This document shows positions 61,171 through 64,000 of a DNA stretch of 64,000 bases, one piece after another. Positions within the stretch are counted from its first letter, which is position 1, and each line of letters begins with the position of its first letter. The notes beneath the pieces were generated by a model. That model made no database searches and was not told where the DNA came from. It saw nothing but the letters and a program-made list of their open reading frames with translations. Both the position numbers and the translations under genes were made by a program. This DNA is from Yuukianura sp. NJ FZ-2021 (Eukaryota), in NCBI GenBank assembly GCA_046563655.1, contig CM102286.1, positions 7,440,001-7,504,000 of the forward strand, read 5' to 3'.

Positions 61171-63577
61171 ATGGAAAACATAAAAAGTGAAAGGGTCCTT
61201 TTACTACACGGTGGAAGCAAACAGTACTTGACTACAACTGTTGTTATCTACCTAGGAAGTATTGCTCTGGTAAGCTGTTCAATTTTGAAAAATCTATCAA
61301 AGTTGATTAAAACAAGTTTTAAAAAAACAGGTTTAACGAAAAGTAACTAATAAAAAATAACTGATTTATACATTTGTACAGGGAAGCGGCATGAATGCAT
61401 ACTATCAAACGAATGTGTATTTTGCAAACCGATACAGCACGGACGTGGCAGAAATTTCATTCATAGTTACCGTCGCACTGGTGAGCTACTTGATTGGAGC
61501 CATACTAGGTATCTAACATCGAATTAATCTCAAGTTACAAAATAATTGGAACAATTTAAAAAAGCGTTTAAAACATTTTGGTTTAGTATGTCTGTTTAAA
61601 CTTTCAGTGAGTTTCATCTACAAGTTCATCAGGAGACAATTAGGCATTGGATTGTTTATGCTTGGAATTGGAATAACGCTTGCGTTGTCCACACACTGCC
61701 CAACTCTGATGTCCATGTACGTGTTGACGTTTGTCCAGTCTGTTTGTATGGGTGCAGTCGAACCAGCTCAGGCAGTTTGGATCATGGAGATGTGGCAAGC
61801 TGAGTGCGGCCCATACGTTCTAGCACTATACTTATTCAGTTCCGTGGGTGCTCTCATTCCAGGACTTATGATGGCGCCATTTTTAAGCATAATGGAAACG
61901 GAAGGTCAAACAGTCGATGTAATGTGGATACCCTATGCGGCTCTAGGCGCATTTGCAGTGTTAGCGGCGGCGGCTCAACTCATGCTCTTCATCTTCAAAC
62001 CATACTTTGCTCCCCCTCCAGAAAAATCCCACAGCGCCGACTCAGACGTAGACCACAGCGCAAGCTATGTCAACAGCTCAAATGACCTTGACCCTTCGCC
62101 CAAATATTTAAAGGCTAAACTAGTCACTCTCTCTGTAATTTTCTTTGCGTTTACAATTTGCATAGAGGTGAATGCGTCGCAGTACATCTCCAACTTTGGT
62201 CAATTTGGAGTACACAACCTCTCGATGTCTGCGGGGTCAATACTCTACACTGTCGTGGCGGCGTCATGTATAGTTGGACGAGGAGTGGGCATTTTTGTAG
62301 GTTTCGATGTATCACCCATGGTGATGCTAACTTTAAATTTTATCGCTTTGATTGTTGCCAATTTGCTTCTTCTTTTTTCAAATACTGGCCTGTGGGCTCT
62401 ATGGCTTGGAGCGAGTCTCCTTGGGTTGGGATATTCTACTGCCTCAGCCAGTTTCTCTGCTTATGTTGAGCGCCACCTTGTCATTACGAATGCCATTGGG
62501 TCACTTAGTGTGTTCCAGAATTAACTACGACGCCTCTCTCATTTCGTGTGGATAAGAGTGGAGACGCTTCGGGTGGAATTTGAGCGGGAGAGGAAGTCAT
62601 GGAGGGAAAATTGTGGCGGTCGGTTGAACTTGACAAGTCATTCATTCTTGTTACTTGGATTTCAGTTTTAATTGGGATTAGTTTTGATTGTTTTAAAGTT
62701 AATTACTGTTAATTATGGTTAGACTTAATACTGAAGAAAGAGTATTTGTGGTCGAAACGTTCATAGAATATCGTGCTAAAGTGAAAACCAAAAATGAGGC
62801 TGCCAGGATAGTGGAGGCAGCCTTTTCTAATAAGTTTGGACATGAAGTGACTATTTCTGGAATCCTGAATTTAATTGAAAAGTTTAAGGTCACCGGGTCA
62901 GTTCATGATAAGCCAAGAAGCGGCAGACGTGTCACGGCTACCTCTCCCCTGAACCCTGAAGCATTGAAGAAGTCATGCGAAAATAATCCATTGCTAAGCG
63001 TAAGCGAAGACAAATGTCCGGCAATTCCTGAACGAGCATTTTCCCTAACAGGTGGATAGGCCGGGAGGAAAGTTAAAAACTGGCTTTGTTTCACATTTAG
63101 AGCAATGCATGCTTGTGAATGGTGAGCACTTCCAGCATCTTCGAAAAAGGAAACGTGTTAACTTTGGTGAAATCTTCCAAAACTGATAAGGACATGTAAA
63201 AATTTGAGTAATAAATAATGCCATAAGAACGTTTTGAAAATCAATCTAATCTAATCGGTTTTAAAGCAAATATTAGACGATAACCATAATGTGGCGGGGT
63301 TTTACGAATTTCCCTCCATGGTGTACCTCTCGCCCTCTTCGCCCCGCCCACTTTACTTTCACCTTTCACTTGAGGCGTCGTAGTTAATTCTGGAACACAC
63401 GATATGTTTGCTTCCGCAGCATTATTGTGCGCCGTTTATCCAATTATGATTGGACAACAAATTGAAGACAATCCAGTTTTCTTCACTTACGTAAATTTCC
63501 TTACAATTGGTGTCATGTTAATTAGTTTAGGACTTATCCTATGGACTACGCGCTCGAAGAAAGATGGAAAACTGTAA
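61171..63577 (+). pseudogene. Second tandem MFSD4-like transporter whose last exon is interrupted by a mariner-like insertion (disrupted allele unless the insert is spliced out)
   Basis: Same 3-exon layout as 59063-60528. Coding homology stops at NAIGSL (62507) and resumes at 63404 (MFASAALLCAVYPIMIGQQIEDNP...*). Confidence 0.8.
62508..63402 (+). mobile_element. Internally deleted Tc1/mariner element (DUF4817-type HTH N-terminus)
   Basis: 29-bp perfect TIR GTGTGTTCCAGAATTAACTACGACGCCTC. TA at 62506-07 and 63403-04. ORF 62715-63059 (EERVFVVE..FSNKFG..LIEKFKVTGSVHDKPRSGRR). C-terminal remnant LEQCMLVNGEHFQHL at ~63097-63141. Confidence 0.92.
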
Positions 63578-64000
63578 CAAGAATTTTTCGCCCATGTTTG
63601 ATTCTTTGATACAAAACAAATATTTATCTAAGCTCAGCACAACACATAAAACTTAAAATTATACATTTTTATCCAACATTGTGAGTAATAAATTCCTAAC
63701 AACCTCAGGAAAACTGAGCTTTTTTTATATTGGAAGTTCTCTGGTTCCCGTAATTCGGGTTGAAATGGTACAGTCCGGTAGTTAAGCTAATTGGAATGGA
63801 TTTTAAATTGGATTGGCAAATGAATCAACTCCACATGATTTTTTTATCCAATTAAATCATTTGTTTCGTATAGTCATGTACTTGAGAAACTGAAGCGTGT
63901 CGGTATGATTCCAGACAATTGACAAACTTTAGATAAATGCCAGTCCGAAATTGAGTTGGTGTGACTCACACTTCCAACAAACTACTACTTTGCCACTTCC

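Overview
This is an AT-rich, gene-dense eukaryotic window with short (~60-100 nt) GT-AG introns. It looks like a compact arthropod genome; springtail-like is an inference only. Genes in order: first coding exon of an unidentified secreted or membrane protein (-), Dorsal/Rel NF-kB (-), scramblase-like (+), a 126-aa orphan (+), RCBTB1-like (-), orphan rhodopsin-class peptide GPCR (+), PTB/hephaestus (+), SORL1 (-), PX-only sorting nexin (+), Aquarius helicase (-), PSMA3 (+), NAA10 (-), ABCC4/MRP4-like (-), and two tandem MFSD4-like transporters (+). At least five non-autonomous DNA transposons have recognisable TIRs and TSDs. Highlights: (1) the Dorsal gene appears hard-wired to the Dorsal-B form (A-form donor reads GA, RRPS site changed, no NLS exon seen); (2) a mariner derivative interrupts a coding exon of the second MFS gene but supplies a GT and two in-frame AGs that could splice it out; (3) a 248-bp Harbinger-type MITE has inserted into a copy of itself; (4) PTB has a 34-nt cassette exon matching the vertebrate autoregulatory exon, with a 1-nt frameshift just downstream that, if real, would invert its logic. 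No CRISPR, rRNA or tRNA was recognised. Exon boundaries were read by eye and no database searches were run.
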